Assembly: GCA_001801085.1 (NCBI GenBank)
Contig: MGWR01000041.1
Coordinates: forward strand, 25,901-89,900
From: Gallionellales bacterium GWA2_60_142
Lineage (GTDB): Bacteria; Pseudomonadota; Gammaproteobacteria; Burkholderiales; Gallionellaceae
Length of the DNA: 64,000 bases
Reading direction: 5' to 3'
Every line of letters starts with the position of its first letter. Within the stretch, counting starts at the first letter, position 1. Both the position numbers and the translations under genes were made by a program. Below are positions 8,966 to 18,749 of the stretch, in pieces. Below the pieces are notes generated by a model. The model saw only the letters and a list, made by a program, of their open reading frames with translations. It had not been told where the DNA came from and ran no database searches.

Positions 8966-10395
8966 GCATCAGAAAATTCTTCGCCCCAACGGCCCGTCAG
9001 GCCTTGAAGGAGATACGCGACGAGCTGGGAGCGGACGCGATGATCCTGTCGAATCGCAAGACGGAGAATGGGGTGGAGATTATTGCTCTTGCACACGAGG
9101 AGATTGCGCATCTCACCGAGCGGGCGGTCACGCAGAAGGCGGACTGGGGCGGCAGTATCACGGCCGACGAGTGGGTGCGTTCGGTGGGCGAGGATCATCC
9201 GGCTCCCGCAGCTCGACAGACGGTTCAGGCCAAGCCGATGGCGGAGTCCAGGGCACAGGCGGCGGCCGCTCCCCGGCTCAGGCAGCCGGTGCTGAAGCGG
9301 CCCGTTGCGCAGAATATACGCGACATGGAGCCGATGGAGAGGCCGGTCTCCGCGACCCAGTCCGGGAAATCGTCGCGGCCGGCATCTGAGTCGGTGCAGC
9401 CGGATTATGTGCCGCCGGTCGTCCAGCCCGTAGTGCTGCCGGCGCAGGCAATGCAGGTGCAGGAAAGCATCCTGAAGGAGATCAAGACGATGAGCAGCAT
9501 GCTGCAGCAGCAGCTTGCCGCGATGCACTGGAACGACGTGCAGCAGCGCGATCCACAGCGCGCCTCTTTGCTGCGCAGGATGCTTAACGCCGGCTTCAGT
9601 TCGGTGCTGGCGCGCCAGTTGCTGGACCGGATGCCGGCCAACGGCGTGCAGGGCGAACAATGGATCAAGCAGGTGTTCAAGCGCAACCTGCTGGTCGCGA
9701 GCGAGGCGAACGACATCGTCACCAAGGGCGGGGTGTACGCGCTGATCGGGCCGACCGGTGTCGGCAAGACCACGACCACGGCCAAGCTGGCGGCGCGCGC
9801 GGTGGTGCGTTTCGGCGCCGACAAGGTGGCGCTGCTGACCACCGACAGTTACAGGATTGCGGCCTACGAGCAGCTCAAGATCTACGGCAAGATACTGGGT
9901 GTGGCGGTGCATGCGGTGAAGGATGCGGACGATCTGCGCCTGACGCTGTCGGCGCTGCGCCACAAGCATCTGGTGCTGATTGACACCGTCGGTATGGGGC
10001 AGCGCGACCAGCGCGTCGGAGATCAAGCCGAGATGTTCGATGCGGCGGGCGTGCAGAGCCTGCTGATGTTGAATGCCACCAGCAGCGGAGATACGCTCGA
10101 GGACGTGGTGCGCATGTACCGCAATGACCGGGTAATCGGCTGCATCGCTACCAAGCTGGACGAGGCGGCCAGTCTGGGCACGGTGCTGGACGTGGCGGTG
10201 CGCCACCGGCTGGTGCTGCACTACATGGCGAACGGCCAGCGCGTGCCTGAGGATTTGCATCCCATCAATCTCGATTACATGCTGCATCGGGCGTTCAAGC
10301 CTGTGGAGGAGAAGAAGCCGTTCACGCTACGCGATCTCGACCTGCCGGTGATGATGGCGGAGGCGCCGGGCAAGGAGGTCAGCCTTGCGCTCTGA
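8962..10395 (+). CDS. flhF: SRP-family GTPase FlhF
   Basis: GPTGVGKTTT, TTDSYRIAA, DTVG, TKLDE, NGQRVPEDL. Confidence 0.96.
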   Translation: MSIRKFFAPTARQALKEIRDELGADAMILSNRKTENGVEIIALAHEEIAHLTERAVTQKADWGGSITADEWVRSVGEDHPAPAARQTVQAKPMAESRAQAAAAPRLRQPVLKRPVAQNIRDMEPMERPVSATQSGKSSRPASESVQPDYVPPVVQPVVLPAQAMQVQESILKEIKTMSSMLQQQLAAMHWNDVQQRDPQRASLLRRMLNAGFSSVLARQLLDRMPANGVQGEQWIKQVFKRNLLVASEANDIVTKGGVYALIGPTGVGKTTTTAKLAARAVVRFGADKVALLTTDSYRIAAYEQLKIYGKILGVAVHAVKDADDLRLTLSALRHKHLVLIDTVGMGQRDQRVGDQAEMFDAAGVQSLLMLNATSSGDTLEDVVRMYRNDRVIGCIATKLDEAASLGTVLDVAVRHRLVLHYMANGQRVPEDLHPINLDYMLHRAFKPVEEKKPFTLRDLDLPVMMAEAPGKEVSLAL

Positions 10396-11353
10396 TGGCA
10401 GCATCGACCAGGCCGAGGGATTGCGCCGCCTGCTGGTGGGAAACCAGACCCAGGTCGTGACCGTGGTGGCGGGTCAGGGCGGAATGGGCCGCACCAGCAC
10501 GACCATTAATCTGGCTGCGGCACTGATGCGCTCCGGCAAGGATGTGCTTGTGCTGGACGAGAATCATGCGCCGGACAATCTGCTGGACAGCCTTGGGTTG
10601 GTTGCGCATTACGATCTGCTGGATGTCGCGCAGGGGGGGTGCCGGTCGCATGATGCGGTGCTCGAAAGCTATGGGTTCGGTGTGTTGTCGGCAGCGCGGG
10701 CGATGCATGCGCTGGCTGTCTCGCGCGCGTCTGCCGGGCGAGACGGCGGCGGAGCCTCTTTTGCCGGCCCCGGGCTGGAGTGGGAAGAGTGGCAGCGCAT
10801 GGAGACGGCGCTGACCGAGATTTGCAGCGGTGTCGATGTGATGCTGGTGGATGGCGCGATGCTGGCCGGCCAGGCGGCCGCAGTGTCTTCGAGTCTGGCA
10901 AGCGGTGCATCGCTGCTGGTGGTGGTCGAAGGCACGCCCAGCGGCATCACCGACAGTTATGCGCTGATCAAGCGACTGGCGTTGGAGAACGCCCGCTCGC
11001 AGTTCGGCATTCTGGTGAACAAGGCCGTTAGCGAGAAGTCGGCCATGATGGTGTTCGAGAATATGGCCAAGGTGGCGCGCCGCAATCTTTCCGTGCGGCT
11101 GGAGTATCTCGGCTACGTCCCGCTCGACGACCGGGTCAGTTGTGCGACGCAGATGTGCAAGCCGGTGCTGGAAGCCTTCCCGGTATCCTCATCGGCAAAG
11201 GCCTATTTGGAATTGGCGCAGGGTCTGTTGCGCATGCCGGCGCGCCAGGACGAGGCGGAAAGCGGCGTTGCCACCATCATCCAGAGTCTGATGAGTCAAG
11301 CGTCCCAGCCGTTGCGCGGCATCAGCAAGGAAGTCGCCCACGTTGTAAACTGA
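10385..11353 (+). CDS. flhG: MinD/ParA-family FlhG/FleN, degenerate Walker A
   Basis: DQAEGLR activator helix, GQGGMGRTS, ITDSYALIK; located between flhF and fliA. Confidence 0.88.
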   Translation: MRSDGSIDQAEGLRRLLVGNQTQVVTVVAGQGGMGRTSTTINLAAALMRSGKDVLVLDENHAPDNLLDSLGLVAHYDLLDVAQGGCRSHDAVLESYGFGVLSAARAMHALAVSRASAGRDGGGASFAGPGLEWEEWQRMETALTEICSGVDVMLVDGAMLAGQAAAVSSSLASGASLLVVVEGTPSGITDSYALIKRLALENARSQFGILVNKAVSEKSAMMVFENMAKVARRNLSVRLEYLGYVPLDDRVSCATQMCKPVLEAFPVSSSAKAYLELAQGLLRMPARQDEAESGVATIIQSLMSQASQPLRGISKEVAHVVN

Positions 11354-11357
11354 CAAG

Positions 11358-12068
11358 ATGTACAAGGCCACCGGATTAAACGACAAGGAACAATGCCTGC
11401 GCGAGCACTCGCATCTGGTGAAGCGCATCGCTCACCAGATGATGACCAGGCTGCCGCACAGCGTGCAGATCGACGACATTATCCAGGCCGGCATGATCGG
11501 TCTGCTGGATGCGGCGAGCCGTTACGACGAGTTTCACGGCGCGCAGTTCGAAACTTATGCGACACAACGTATCCGCGGGGCGATGCTGGACGAGTTGCGC
11601 GAGGCGGACTGGCTGCCCCGCAGTCTGCGCCGCGATATGCGGCGCATCGAACAATCCGTCAGCCGTCTTCAGCAGAAGCTGGGGCGCTCCCCGAGCGAGG
11701 GCGAGATCGCGACCGATCTCGAGATGTCCCTCGCCGAATACCAGCAGATGCTTCAGGCCTCGCGCGGCGCACAACTGGTGTATTACGAGGACTTCCATGG
11801 CGAGGATGACGAAGATTTCTTCGACCGTTTCGAGTTCACCGGCGACGACAATCCGCTCGAACTGTTGTCGGACGAGCGTTTTCGAGTCGAGCTGGTGCGC
11901 GGGATTGAGGCCTTGCCGGAGCGCGAGCGCATGGTGATGGCGATGATCTACGAGCAGGACATGAACCTGCGCGAAATCGGTGAGGTGCTCGGCGTCGGAG
12001 AGTCGCGCATCTCGCAGTTGCACAGTCAGGCGGTGGCCAGGTTGCGCAGCCGGATGAAAGGGTACTGA
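11358..12068 (+). CDS. fliA: RNA polymerase sigma-28 factor
   Basis: DDIIQAGMIGLL, FETYATQRIRGAMLDELR..DWLPRS, EIGEVLGVGESRISQLHSQA. Confidence 0.97.
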   Translation: MYKATGLNDKEQCLREHSHLVKRIAHQMMTRLPHSVQIDDIIQAGMIGLLDAASRYDEFHGAQFETYATQRIRGAMLDELREADWLPRSLRRDMRRIEQSVSRLQQKLGRSPSEGEIATDLEMSLAEYQQMLQASRGAQLVYYEDFHGEDDEDFFDRFEFTGDDNPLELLSDERFRVELVRGIEALPERERMVMAMIYEQDMNLREIGEVLGVGESRISQLHSQAVARLRSRMKGY

Positions 12069-12808
12069 TGGACAAACTCACGCTGCTCGGGCTGGTGGTC
12101 GGTGTTACGGGGATATTGACCGGGCAGGTGCTGGAAGGCGGCGATCTGGAGATACTGTTTCAGGTAGCGGCCTTCATGATCGTGTTCGGCGGCACGCTGG
12201 GAGCAGTGATGGTGCAATGTCCGCCCAAGGTGTTCGTCATGGCGCTCCGGATGGGGCGATGGGCATTTAAGCCTCCGGTAATGCAAGGCTCCGACCTTGT
12301 TCGTCAGTTGATCCTGTGGGGGCAGATCGCACGCAAGGAAGGCATCCTGGCGCTGGAGGCGCGGACCGGAGCAGTCGGCGATCCGTTCCTGAAGAAGGGC
12401 TTGCAGTTGCTGGTCGATGGCAACAGCGGCGACAAGATTCGCGAGGTGATGGATGTGGATACGCATTCCTGGGAGCAGTTGCGCTGGCAATCCGCGCGGG
12501 TGTGGGAGGCGGCCGCCGGTTATTCGCCGACGATAGGCATTATTGGTGCGGTGCTCGGCCTGATGCATGTGATGCAGAATCTGGCGGAGCCGGCCAAACT
12601 GGGCGGCGGTATCGCCGTGGCTTTTGTGGCGACGATCTATGGCGTGGCTTTTGCAAATCTTCTGTTCTTGCCGATTGCGAACAAGTTGAAGTCCATCATC
12701 ATGGAGCAGGCGAACTTGCGCGAGATGATTGTGGACGGTCTGGTCGGCATCGCCAACGGCGATAATCCGAGATTGCTCGAAATCAAGCTGCGCAGCTATC
12801 TGGATTAG
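12068..12808 (+). CDS. motA: Flagellar stator protein MotA/MotC type
   Basis: LEGG, IVFGGT, RKEGILALE, GYSPTIGIIGAVLGL, AFVATIYG. Confidence 0.92.
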   Translation: MDKLTLLGLVVGVTGILTGQVLEGGDLEILFQVAAFMIVFGGTLGAVMVQCPPKVFVMALRMGRWAFKPPVMQGSDLVRQLILWGQIARKEGILALEARTGAVGDPFLKKGLQLLVDGNSGDKIREVMDVDTHSWEQLRWQSARVWEAAAGYSPTIGIIGAVLGLMHVMQNLAEPAKLGGGIAVAFVATIYGVAFANLLFLPIANKLKSIIMEQANLREMIVDGLVGIANGDNPRLLEIKLRSYLD

Positions 12809-12846
12809 CGCGCTCCCGTTACCCGGGCATTTTCAGTGGAGTTATC

Positions 12847-13590
12847 ATGGCGCGCCGAATCAAACGTTACGAGCATGACAATGGCGACCGATGGCTGATC
12901 TCCTATGCGGATTTCGTCACGCTGCTGTTCGCCTTCTTTGTGGTGATGTATTCAATTTCTTCCGTGAACGAGGAAAAATACAAGACCTTCGGCGATGCAT
13001 TGAACAGCGCGTTCAACAAGGAGGGGGGCGCTTCGCCGAACGCTGCTAGCGGCCCGCAGGAGCAGCAGTCCATGCTGTTCATGGCCGACCGTCAGACCGT
13101 GCGTCTGGGTGAACAGCAGCGCAGGATACAGGCTCACATGAAGAGTCTGAGCGCCGGATTGAGTCAGGTGATGTCGGATTTGATCGATCAGCGTCAGGTC
13201 AGCATCAATCAGACCAAGCGAGGTGTGGAGATCGATATCAGTGCCAGCGCGCTGTTCAGAACCGGAGAGGCCACCTTGCAGCCAGGTACGCTGGATGTGC
13301 TGCGTCAGGTGGCCAGCGTGCTGAGCAAGGAGGAGTTGCCGATCGAAGTGGAGGGGCATACCGACGACGTTCCGATCGCGACGGCTCAGTTTCCGTCCAA
13401 CTGGGAGTTGTCTTCTGCGCGTGCCAGCAGCGTGGTTCGTCAGTTGGTCGAAAGCGGCGTGTCGGCGAAGCGCTTGGCGGTGGTTGGTCTGGCATCGAAT
13501 CAGCCGTTGGCGTCGAACGATACTCCAGAGGGGCGAGCCAAGAATCGGCGTGTGACGATCACCATCCTGTCACCGGATATCGAGCGATAA
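12847..13590 (+). CDS. motB: Flagellar stator protein MotB/MotD type (OmpA-like PG-binding domain)
   Basis: WLISYADFVTLLFAFF with conserved Asp; EGHTD, SNWELSSARA, NRRV. Confidence 0.93.
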   Translation: MARRIKRYEHDNGDRWLISYADFVTLLFAFFVVMYSISSVNEEKYKTFGDALNSAFNKEGGASPNAASGPQEQQSMLFMADRQTVRLGEQQRRIQAHMKSLSAGLSQVMSDLIDQRQVSINQTKRGVEIDISASALFRTGEATLQPGTLDVLRQVASVLSKEELPIEVEGHTDDVPIATAQFPSNWELSSARASSVVRQLVESGVSAKRLAVVGLASNQPLASNDTPEGRAKNRRVTITILSPDIER

Positions 13591-13616
13591 GGCGATGAAG
13601 AAAAATTAGGAGCGGC

Positions 13617-14096
13617 TCAGCCGCTTCCCAGCGAGCGGCCGCTGCCGGGGGAGAAATCGGGCTTTCCGTTGCGGCCGTATACTCCGGCTTTGTTCACTGC
13701 ATTGCTCAATACGGTGAGCGCCTGCTGGTTATGGCGCAACTTCATCTGGATCAACTCGCCATTGACCTGGTTCAGTTGCTTTGCGCGTTGAGCGAGGGCG
13801 ACGATGTCGTGCCAGATGGGCAGGCCGTCGGCACAGTGGGTACCCAGCCAGTTCTGGATGGTTTCGGCATCTGGGCGGGGTATTTCCTGTTGCAGCAGCG
13901 CATGGCGCGCATCGGCCATATGGTTGAGGCTGACGGCGTCATTGGATTTTTGTTCGGACAACGTCAGGAGCTGTTCGGTCTGTGCGCCTTCCATCAACAG
14001 GCTCTGTTCCTGTTCCAGCAGCGTCACGAAACCTGCCAGCGCACCGCGTTCGGCGGATAGCATAGTGAGCAGCGCGGAGGCGGCAGGCGCGGACAA
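13617..14096 (-). CDS. flgN: Flagellar chaperone FlgN
   Basis: Helical protein with LNQVNGELI and Y.RNG motifs; directly downstream of flgM. Confidence 0.85.
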   Translation of the reverse strand: MSAPAASALLTMLSAERGALAGFVTLLEQEQSLLMEGAQTEQLLTLSEQKSNDAVSLNHMADARHALLQQEIPRPDAETIQNWLGTHCADGLPIWHDIVALAQRAKQLNQVNGELIQMKLRHNQQALTVLSNAVNKAGVYGRNGKPDFSPGSGRSLGSG

Positions 14097-14100
14097 AATA

Positions 14101-14403
14101 TCAACTCCCTTCCCTGATCAACTCGCGCACCGTGTTGATCAGGCGGTCGGCGACAACTTCGGAGTTGACCTTGAAGCGCCCCTCGCTGATGGCTTGTTTG
14201 ATCTCCGCCACTTTTGCGGCATTGATGGACGATCCGCCGGACAGTCCTTCTTCCATGCTGCGAAGCTGGGATGCGGTCGAACCAAGCGACACGCTGGTGC
14301 TTTCCTGCGGCGACGCGCGGGAACCGCTCTTTTGGGCGACCGAAGCCTTGTTGTCGTTCAACGGGGCGGTTGGTAGCGGATTGCTGTTCTTTTCGATTTT
14401 CAC
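14101..14403 (-). CDS. flgM: Anti-sigma-28 factor FlgM
   Basis: KVAEIKQAISEGRFKVNSEVVADRLI. Confidence 0.93.
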   Translation of the reverse strand: MKIEKNSNPLPTAPLNDNKASVAQKSGSRASPQESTSVSLGSTASQLRSMEEGLSGGSSINAAKVAEIKQAISEGRFKVNSEVVADRLINTVRELIREGS

Positions 14404-14449
14404 GATGACCTCTCAATCTGGCAATGCCGATTTTCTCTTCACGAACGGT

Positions 14450-14476
14450 GTATCGGCAAAAATCCGCCGAACTTTA
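14450..14476 (-). promoter_or_regulatory. Sigma-28 promoter of flgMN
   Basis: Minus strand TAAAGTTC-N11-GCCGATAC. Confidence 0.85.
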
Positions 14477-14519
14477 GGGGGGATGCCAATATTATGCAAG
14501 CAGTTCGCATGCGGGGGTA

Positions 14520-15209
14520 TCAAGGAGCGATCTCCACGATACCGTTGCGCGCCGTCCCGGCGACCACTCTCCCTGATGCGACTCTGATCTGGACTGTCTG
14601 GCCTTCGCCGGCGTTGCTTAGCGCCACGCCCTCGTTCCGTATGCTGAATCCGATGCCCCGGGCGATGATTTGCACGACCTGTCCCTGCGTTACGCTATAG
14701 GGGGCGCGCAACATGTCATCGCGCAATATCTGGCCCGCGGCAACGCCGTAGCGCAATACTTTGCCGACGACCTGCGCTGGGTCGGTAAAGCCGGTCGCGC
14801 GTGATATTTCGACGGACTGTGCGGTGATGTCGGCGGACTGCAGCACTTGGCCGGGCTGCAATTGCCGCGCGCTGACGAGAAGTTGTAGCGTAACGGTGAT
14901 TCGTATCGGCACAAGGATCTGCCAGCCATTCTGCTCGTTGCAGCGCACGCCTATCGAGGTCTTGCCGATAAGCTGGCTGCCGCTCGGAAGGAATGCCTCC
15001 ATTCTGGAGCAAGGGGTGAGTGATATGCGGGGGTCCAGTCCCTCGATTTGGTAATCGACCTTGCCTGAAATGCCTGCTGTCTGTTGTTTTACAAAGCTTG
15101 CCGCGAGTTTTGCGATCTGCGTATGCGTCGGAGAGGCGGACGGTTTGTCTGCGCCGAAGGCAATCAGGGGGGATAGCAGGAACAGGCATATCGCAAGGAG
15201 TATTTTCAT
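14520..15209 (-). CDS. flgA: P-ring formation chaperone FlgA
   Basis: Signal peptide, C...C pair, SAF domain, EGVAL.NAGEGQTVQIR..SGRVV. Confidence 0.92.
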   Translation of the reverse strand: MKILLAICLFLLSPLIAFGADKPSASPTHTQIAKLAASFVKQQTAGISGKVDYQIEGLDPRISLTPCSRMEAFLPSGSQLIGKTSIGVRCNEQNGWQILVPIRITVTLQLLVSARQLQPGQVLQSADITAQSVEISRATGFTDPAQVVGKVLRYGVAAGQILRDDMLRAPYSVTQGQVVQIIARGIGFSIRNEGVALSNAGEGQTVQIRVASGRVVAGTARNGIVEIAP

Positions 15210-15259
15210 GCGGGGTATTTTGCGCGGAGGCGGGGAATTATGGAAGTCTTGGATAGGTC

Positions 15260-15320
15260 GAATTGAGGCGGAAAAGAGGCTTTAATCGGGGTATGGGATA
15301 GGCGAGGCTGGAATTAGTAT
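15260..15320 (+). promoter_or_regulatory. Putative class-2 (FlhDC-type) promoter of the flgB operon
   Basis: 28-bp box GAATTG...AAAA...TTTAATC, 27-nt spacer, then TAGTAT. Confidence 0.55.
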
Positions 15321-15361
15321 GCGAATCGTACACGTGTCTCTGAATGAGAAAGGGGGGCAAT

Positions 15362-15766
15362 ATGATCAACAAATTGGACGAGGCATTACGTTTTCAGCAG
15401 GCGGCGCTCAATTTGCGCGCGGCGCGACAGGAGTTGCTGGCCTCTAACGTGGCGAATGCCGACACGCCCAACTTTAAAGCAAGGGATATCGATTTTGCCG
15501 GCGCCCTGCGGAACGCGCTGGCCGGAACCCCCGAGGAGTTGCCGGTGGTGCAGACGTCTCCCTCGCACTTGGCGGGAAATTCCGGAGATTCGATCATGGG
15601 CTCTCCGGTGATGTATCGCAAGCCACTGCAGCCGAGCGCAGATGGCAATACCGTGGATATGGATGTGGAGCGTGCGCAGTTTGCCGACAATGCATTGCGC
15701 TATGAGGCCAATGTGATGTTCGTCAGCGAAAGGCTGAAGGGCATATTGTCGGCTATACAGGGTTAA
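15362..15766 (+). CDS. flgB: Basal-body rod protein FlgB
   Basis: [27 protein letters not shown]. Confidence 0.96.
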   Translation: MINKLDEALRFQQAALNLRAARQELLASNVANADTPNFKARDIDFAGALRNALAGTPEELPVVQTSPSHLAGNSGDSIMGSPVMYRKPLQPSADGNTVDMDVERAQFADNALRYEANVMFVSERLKGILSAIQG

Positions 15767-15777
15767 GGAGAGCGATC

Positions 15778-16179
15778 ATGTCGTTATTCAATATCTTCAA
15801 TGTGGCAGGTTCGGCGATGACGGCTCAGTCTCATCGGTTGAACGTGGTGGCCAGTAATCTGGCCAATGCCGATAGTGCGACTGGTCCTGATGGGCAGCCA
15901 TACCGCGCCAAACAGGTGGTGTTCAGTGCGATGCCGGTGGAAGGTGGCGCGCAAGGTGTCAAAGTGCTCGGAGTGGTCGAGGATAATTCCCCGATGAAGA
16001 TGGTTTACGATCCCAAGCATCCGATGGCCGATGGGCGTGGCTATGTTGCGATGCCCAATGTAAATGTTGTGGATGAAATGGTGAACATGATCTCGGCTTC
16101 GCGGTCATACCAAAATAATGTCGATGTGATGAATACGTCGAAGACGATGTTGCTCAAGACGCTGACCATAGGCCAGTAA
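15778..16179 (+). CDS. flgC: Basal-body rod protein FlgC
   Basis: [42 protein letters not shown]. Confidence 0.97.
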   Translation: MSLFNIFNVAGSAMTAQSHRLNVVASNLANADSATGPDGQPYRAKQVVFSAMPVEGGAQGVKVLGVVEDNSPMKMVYDPKHPMADGRGYVAMPNVNVVDEMVNMISASRSYQNNVDVMNTSKTMLLKTLTIGQ

Positions 16180-16202
16180 TCAATTGATGAAAGGAGACTG
16201 AT

Positions 16203-16889
16203 ATGGTCGACAATGTGCAAAGTAGCGGTGCGGCGGATATATATGCGGCATTGAACGCAAATGCGAAAGCTGGTTCTTCTGCGGAAAAGTCTGCGGTTTC
16301 GGATACGCAGGATCGTTTTCTGAAGCTGCTGGTTACGCAGATGAAGAATCAGGATCCGCTGAACCCGATGGACAATGCCCAGGTGACCTCGCAGATGGCG
16401 CAACTCAGCACGGTCAGCGGGATCGACAAGTTGAATGTCACGCTGCAGGCATTGAGCGATAGCATGATCCCCAATCAGACGTTGCAGGCGACGACGATGA
16501 TCGGCCATGGTGTGCTGGTGCCGGGCGAGGGGGTGGAGTTGTTCGAGGGCAAGGCCTTCGGCGGCCTAGAACTGGGGCAGTCGGTGGATGGGGTGCAGAT
16601 TTCCATTCATGACAAGGCCGGGGTATTGGTGCGCAACATCAGTCTTGGCGAGCAGTCGGCTGGCTTGGTCAATTGGCAGTGGGATGGTCTGAACAATGAG
16701 GGGGTCAGCGTCGATGACGGCAACTATACGTTCAGCGTGGAGGCTAAATCCGAAGGCAAGGTGGTGACGGATGCGACCGCGCTTGAGTTTGGCATGGTGA
16801 GCAGTGTGATGCAGGGCAAGCAAGGCGTTACGATGAGTGTCGGGAATATGGGCGATGTCGCGTTGTCTGAGGTGCGGCAGATTCTTTAA
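16203..16889 (+). CDS. flgD: Hook capping protein FlgD
   Basis: FLKLLVTQMKNQDPLNPMDN, WQWDG. Confidence 0.96.
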   Translation: MVDNVQSSGAADIYAALNANAKAGSSAEKSAVSDTQDRFLKLLVTQMKNQDPLNPMDNAQVTSQMAQLSTVSGIDKLNVTLQALSDSMIPNQTLQATTMIGHGVLVPGEGVELFEGKAFGGLELGQSVDGVQISIHDKAGVLVRNISLGEQSAGLVNWQWDGLNNEGVSVDDGNYTFSVEAKSEGKVVTDATALEFGMVSSVMQGKQGVTMSVGNMGDVALSEVRQIL

Positions 16890-16978
16890 GGGGCTGGGTG
16901 GCCGGTCGCCGGGTTGGCAGATGAGGTGTTTTTCAGTATTGGCGGCATGCAGTTAAGGTTGGCACAAAGGAGATTATC

Positions 16979-18700
16979 ATGAGCTTTCAACAGGGATTGA
17001 GCGGTCTTAATTCGTCGGCGAAGCAGCTCGACACGATAGGTAATAATGTCGCGAACTCGGGCACTGTGGGTTTCAAGCAGTCGCAGGCGCAGTTCGCCGA
17101 CATGTATGCGGCTTCCCTGTCGGGATCGGGGGGGGCTCAAATCGGAACGGGCGTCCGTTTGGCGGCGGTCGTTCAGCAGTTTACCCAGGGCAATGTCACC
17201 AATACCAATAATCCGATGGATACGGCAATCAGCGGTCAGGGGTTCTTTCGGATGGTTGATCCGACTGGCGCCGTTTTCTACAGTCGTAACGGTCAGTTTC
17301 AGGTGGACAAGAACGGTTTCATCGTGAATAGCTTGGGGCACACGGTGTCCGGCTACTTGCCGAATGCGGCAGGGGAGATCATTCCGGCGCAGCCTGTGCC
17401 GTTGCAGATCAATGCGGCGGATCTGACGCCCAAGGCATCGGCAAATATAGCGGTCGGGGTGGCTTTGGATTCTCGCTCGCTGGGCGTCGGTGCGGGAGGG
17501 ACGGTGCCAATCTCGGCTGCATTCAGTCCGACGGATCCGACCTCTTATAACAGCTCGACTCCCATGACTGTCTATGATTCTTTGGGTGTCAGTCATGTCG
17601 CCGTGCTGTATTTTCAACGTCAGCCGATTGCGCCAACCGCCGTTGTGGGAGCTGTTGCCGGTGCTGTGACACAGATTAATCTGGCATCCACGGTTGGAAT
17701 GGCAGCAGGCAATACGATTACCATTCCGGGAGCGGGGGCAGGCGGTACATCATTGACGACGACGATTACGGCAATCGCCGGCAATACCGTTTCGTTCGCC
17801 CCATCTACCGATGCTGCAACCGCCCTTGCGGGTGGGGAAGCCGTTACGACCAATGCGGCATCGCCCAACTGGAAAACCTTCCTGACTGCCGATGGCGCAC
17901 TGGTGCCGGCAGCCACGGCTACCACTACTGCATACACGGCGGCGGCGGGGGTGGTGGATGCGACAGTCACTCTTTCGGCGCTGCCGGCCGGGGTGGCGGT
18001 CGGCGATTCGATCACCATCAACGGGGCTGGGGCCGGTGCCCCTCCCGGCGCGTTTACTACTACCGTTACCGGCATTGCGGGTAATGTCGTCTCCTTTGCG
18101 CCAGATGTGGTGGCTGCTCCTGCAGTAGGGGCACTTGTGACGGCAACTGTCCCGTTGGCCACTTTATCCTTCGATGCGCTGGGTAAATTGAATGCTCCGA
18201 CGGTTCCGCAATTGGGGGTGGTCGTTTCGGGACAATTTTTACCGACAGGAGCATTGGCGCAGACGATTTCGTTCAATTTTGCGCAGACTTCGCAATTCGG
18301 CGGGAACTTTGGCGTGAATAGCATGACGCAGGACGGTTATGCGTCGGGCCGATTGAACGGTTTCAGCACCAGCGCTGACGGCACGATCCAGGGCCGATAC
18401 TCCAATGGGCAGACGAGAGCCTTGGGGCAGATGTTGTTGGCAAATTTCACCAATCCTCAGGGATTGCAGCCGGTGGGCAATAACGAATGGGCCGAAAGTG
18501 CCGCATCCGGCGGGGCATTGATCGGTACGCCCGGTTCCAGCAGTCTGGGGGTGTTGCAGTCTTCCGCAGTTGAAGACTCCAATGTCGATCTGACTGCGGA
18601 GCTGGTAAACATGATCACGGCGCAGCGCGTTTATCAGGCTAATGCGCAGACCATCAAGGCGCAGGATCAGGTGCTGCAGACACTGGTGAACCTGAGGTAA
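16979..18700 (+). CDS. flgE: Hook protein FlgE, enlarged by two inserted domains
   Basis: GLSGLN..GNNVANSGTVGFK, YSRNGQF, QDGYASG, SNVDLTAELVNMITAQRVYQANAQTI; 573 aa. Confidence 0.96.
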   Translation: MSFQQGLSGLNSSAKQLDTIGNNVANSGTVGFKQSQAQFADMYAASLSGSGGAQIGTGVRLAAVVQQFTQGNVTNTNNPMDTAISGQGFFRMVDPTGAVFYSRNGQFQVDKNGFIVNSLGHTVSGYLPNAAGEIIPAQPVPLQINAADLTPKASANIAVGVALDSRSLGVGAGGTVPISAAFSPTDPTSYNSSTPMTVYDSLGVSHVAVLYFQRQPIAPTAVVGAVAGAVTQINLASTVGMAAGNTITIPGAGAGGTSLTTTITAIAGNTVSFAPSTDAATALAGGEAVTTNAASPNWKTFLTADGALVPAATATTTAYTAAAGVVDATVTLSALPAGVAVGDSITINGAGAGAPPGAFTTTVTGIAGNVVSFAPDVVAAPAVGALVTATVPLATLSFDALGKLNAPTVPQLGVVVSGQFLPTGALAQTISFNFAQTSQFGGNFGVNSMTQDGYASGRLNGFSTSADGTIQGRYSNGQTRALGQMLLANFTNPQGLQPVGNNEWAESAASGGALIGTPGSSSLGVLQSSAVEDSNVDLTAELVNMITAQRVYQANAQTIKAQDQVLQTLVNLR

Positions 18701-18749
18701 TGAATGTTAGGCGGTGATCTCGCATCGTTGTCGTTGACTGGAGGAGCAT

